Part shown: piece after piece, positions 34,694 to 36,752 of the stretch
Layout of the letters: the number at the start of each line of letters is the position of its first letter
Position numbering within the stretch: the stretch's first letter is position 1
Assembly: GCA_964530165.1 (NCBI GenBank)
Contig: CAZGYE010000018.1
Span: 1 to 36,752 of the forward strand
Source: an uncultured Planctomycetaceae bacterium
GTDB lineage: Bacteria > Planctomycetota > Planctomycetia > Planctomycetales > Planctomycetaceae
Direction: 5' to 3'
DNA length: 36,752 nt
Position numbers and translations under genes: made by a program
The notes under the pieces: generated by a model
Seen by the model: only the letters and a program-made list of their open reading frames with translations
What the model was told of the DNA's origin: nothing
Database searches by the model: none

Positions 34694-36752
34694 ATGAGCA
34701 AGAACACGCCGGCGATCGATGCAATTCTCGCGGACTTGAACGAACAACAACGGCAGGCGGCCTGCCACGGTGACGGTCCATTGTTGATTGTCGCCGGAGC
34801 CGGCACCGGCAAGACGACGACGCTGGCACACCGGGTCGCGGCCCTGATCGCTCGCGGCGTTGATCCCGCGCGGATTCTGTTGCTGACGTTCACCCGCCGG
34901 GCGTCGGCTGAGATGCTGCGGCGGGTGGACGCGATTCTGCGGCGGCTGGAAAACGAGAGCGCCACAACCGTCGGACGCCGAAGTCAGCTCAGCAGCCGCA
35001 AGGTGTGGGGCGGGACGTTTCACGCGATTGCCGCACGACTGCTCCGCCGGCACGGGAAGCGGATCGGCTTGAATCCCGAGTTCGCCATCCTCGACCGCAG
35101 CGACTCCGCAGACCTGCTGAACGTGGTGCGGGCCGAATTGGGCGTCGCCAACACCCAGACCCGTTTCCCGCTGAAAGGGACCTGTCTGGACATCTACAGC
35201 CGCTGCGTCAACTCGCAGCGGCAGTTGGAAAGCGTGTTGAAGACGGCCTTTCCCTGGTGCGTCGACCACGCTGAGGCGCTGAAAGGGCTCTTCAAGTCGT
35301 ACGTCGATCGCAAAGAATCGCAGGCCGTGCTGGACTACGACGATCTGTTGCTTTTCTGGCAGGCGCTGGTCTCGCAACCCGAAGCCGGAACAGCCGTCCG
35401 CGACAAGTTCGATTGCATTCTGGTCGACGAGTACCAGGACACCAACCTCTTGCAGGCCGACATTCTGCAGCATTTGTGTCCCGACGGCCGCGGCCTGACG
35501 GTCGTCGGCGACGACGCACAATCGATCTACTCGTTCCGGGCGGCGACGGTCCGCAACATCCTCGATTTTCCAAAGCAGTTTCCCGGAACGACGATCGTGA
35601 CGCTGGAAAAGAACTATCGCAGCACGCAGCCGATTCTGGACGCAACAAACCACGTCATCGCCTTGGCCGCCGAGCGACATACCAAAGACCTGTGGTCGTC
35701 CCGCGGCCAGGGGGGGCTGCCGGCGCTGGTCGACTGCCTCGATGAAGAGGAACAGACCGACTTCCTCGTCGACCAGGTCCTCGAACACCGCGAGAATGGG
35801 ATTCCGCTGCAGCGGCAGGCCGTGCTGTTCCGAGCCTCGCACCACAGCCTGGCGCTGGAGGTGGAACTGTCGCGGCGAAACATTCCGTTCCACAAATACG
35901 GCGGGTTGAAGTTCATCGAGACGGCCCACGTGAAAGACCTGCTCGCGTTTCTGCGATTGGCGGAAAACCCCAGAGACATTGTCTCGGGCACGCGTCTGCT
36001 GATGCTGCTGCCCGGCATCGGCCAAAAAAAGGCCCGACAACTGATGGAGACGCTGCAGACGGCCGGCGGCGATTTCAAAGCGTGGAAAGAATACAAACCG
36101 CCCTCAGCCGCCAAGGAACATTGGCCGGCGTTCGTCAAACTGATGCAGCATCTGGGTGGCCGGCGATCCAAAACGGTCGGGGTCTCGGCCGAGGTGCACC
36201 AGGTGCGAAAGTTCTACGCTCCCCTGCTCGAGCAGAAGTACGACCACGCACAATCGCGGCTCCGCGACCTCGCGCAATTGGAACAGATTGGCGTGAAGTT
36301 CCCCGACCGGGCGACCTTTCTGGCCGAAATCACGCTTGATCCGCCCAGCTCCACCCAGGAACTGGCCGCCGATCCGCACCGCGACGAAGAGTTTCTGATC
36401 CTCAGCACCATCCACTCGGCCAAGGGACTGGAATGGGACGCGGTGTACGTCATCCACGCGGCCGACGGCAATATACCGTCCGACATGTCGACCGAATCGC
36501 CGGAGGAGATCGAAGAAGAACGCCGTCTGTTCTACGTGGCACTGACCCGCGCCCGCGACTGGCTCTACGTGTGCCATCCCCAGCGCTGCTACTTCTACGG
36601 CCGATACCGCGGCGACGCGCACAGCTACGCCCAATTGACGCGGTTTCTGCCCGATGAGATCCAGCAATTGTTCCGGCGCTGCCTGCCCGGAACGACCGAC
36701 GGCGTGGAAGAACCTGATCCGCACACCACTGAGGTGACCACTTCCGCCGTCC
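34694..36752 (+). CDS. UvrD/Rep/PcrA-family ATP-dependent DNA helicase, 3' end beyond the window (partial)
   Basis: This gene is absent from the ORF track because no stop codon occurs before the window end. I translated it manually from ATG 34694 and found no stop through 36752. Helicase motifs: AGAGTGKTTTL (Walker A), TFTRRAS AEM, VDEYQDTN, VVGDDAQSIY, EKNYRST, LSTIHSAKGLEW, RRLFYVALTRA. Confidence 0.85.
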   Translation, partial: MSKNTPAIDAILADLNEQQRQAACHGDGPLLIVAGAGTGKTTTLAHRVAALIARGVDPARILLLTFTRRASAEMLRRVDAILRRLENESATTVGRRSQLSSRKVWGGTFHAIAARLLRRHGKRIGLNPEFAILDRSDSADLLNVVRAELGVANTQTRFPLKGTCLDIYSRCVNSQRQLESVLKTAFPWCVDHAEALKGLFKSYVDRKESQAVLDYDDLLLFWQALVSQPEAGTAVRDKFDCILVDEYQDTNLLQADILQHLCPDGRGLTVVGDDAQSIYSFRAATVRNILDFPKQFPGTTIVTLEKNYRSTQPILDATNHVIALAAERHTKDLWSSRGQGGLPALVDCLDEEEQTDFLVDQVLEHRENGIPLQRQAVLFRASHHSLALEVELSRRNIPFHKYGGLKFIETAHVKDLLAFLRLAENPRDIVSGTRLLMLLPGIGQKKARQLMETLQTAGGDFKAWKEYKPPSAAKEHWPAFVKLMQHLGGRRSKTVGVSAEVHQVRKFYAPLLEQKYDHAQSRLRDLAQLEQIGVKFPDRATFLAEITLDPPSSTQELAADPHRDEEFLILSTIHSAKGLEWDAVYVIHAADGNIPSDMSTESPEEIEEERRLFYVALTRARDWLYVCHPQRCYFYGRYRGDAHSYAQLTRFLPDEIQQLFRRCLPGTTDGVEEPDPHTTEVTTSAV

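Overview
The window is a GC-rich bacterial chromosomal segment of about 36.7 kb. Many predicted proteins carry signal peptides, and there is one giant PQQ-propeller/TPR protein, which suggests Planctomycetota; that is inference only. I support 25 protein-coding genes, one decayed hemL-like aminotransferase pseudogene and several classes of structured repeats.

Reading left to right:
- 66-8593 (+): a co-directional secreted glycan-degradation cluster. It encodes a beta-helix protein with a C-terminal NPCBM carbohydrate-binding module, a fusion of an (alpha/alpha)6 glycosidase-like domain to a BNR/Asp-box sialidase-like propeller, a stand-alone sialidase-like paralog, and an unknown secreted protein.
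- 8562-9344 (-): an amicyanin-type cupredoxin-domain protein.
- 9478-11025 (+): a YifB/ComM AAA+ ATPase.
- 11307-13493 (+): an unknown secreted protein.
- 13522-14475 (-): a DHDPS/N-acetylneuraminate-lyase family protein.
- 14490-14913 (-): the hemL-like relic.
- 14928-15341 (+): a retropepsin-like aspartic protease.
- 15423-17471 (+): trpB-trpA.
- 17504-19355 (-): an ASCH protein and a beta-CASP MBL RNase.
- 19647-20192 (+): a small unknown protein.
- 20209-24674 (-): an RCK-type K+ channel, an HpnE-like FAD oxidoreductase and gamma-glutamyltransferase.
- 25134-29738 (+): a PQQ beta-propeller/TPR protein of about 1530 aa.
- 29817-31739 (-): two unknown genes.
- 31992-34323 (-): an NfeD/YqiJ-flotillin pair.
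- 34694-36752 (+): a UvrD-type helicase that runs off the window.

The most unusual non-coding signals are these:
- A 78-nt conserved hairpin-rich element is present twice, each copy immediately 3' of a stop codon.
- A roughly 200-bp insertion-like segment sits at the flotillin 3' end, flanked by 24-bp direct repeats.
- Three tandem 30-bp palindromic hairpin units lie between ggt and the oxidoreductase gene.

The ORF track counts GTG/TTG starts as M, so several start codons were re-chosen. Long antisense ORFs are common and were treated as GC-content artefacts.
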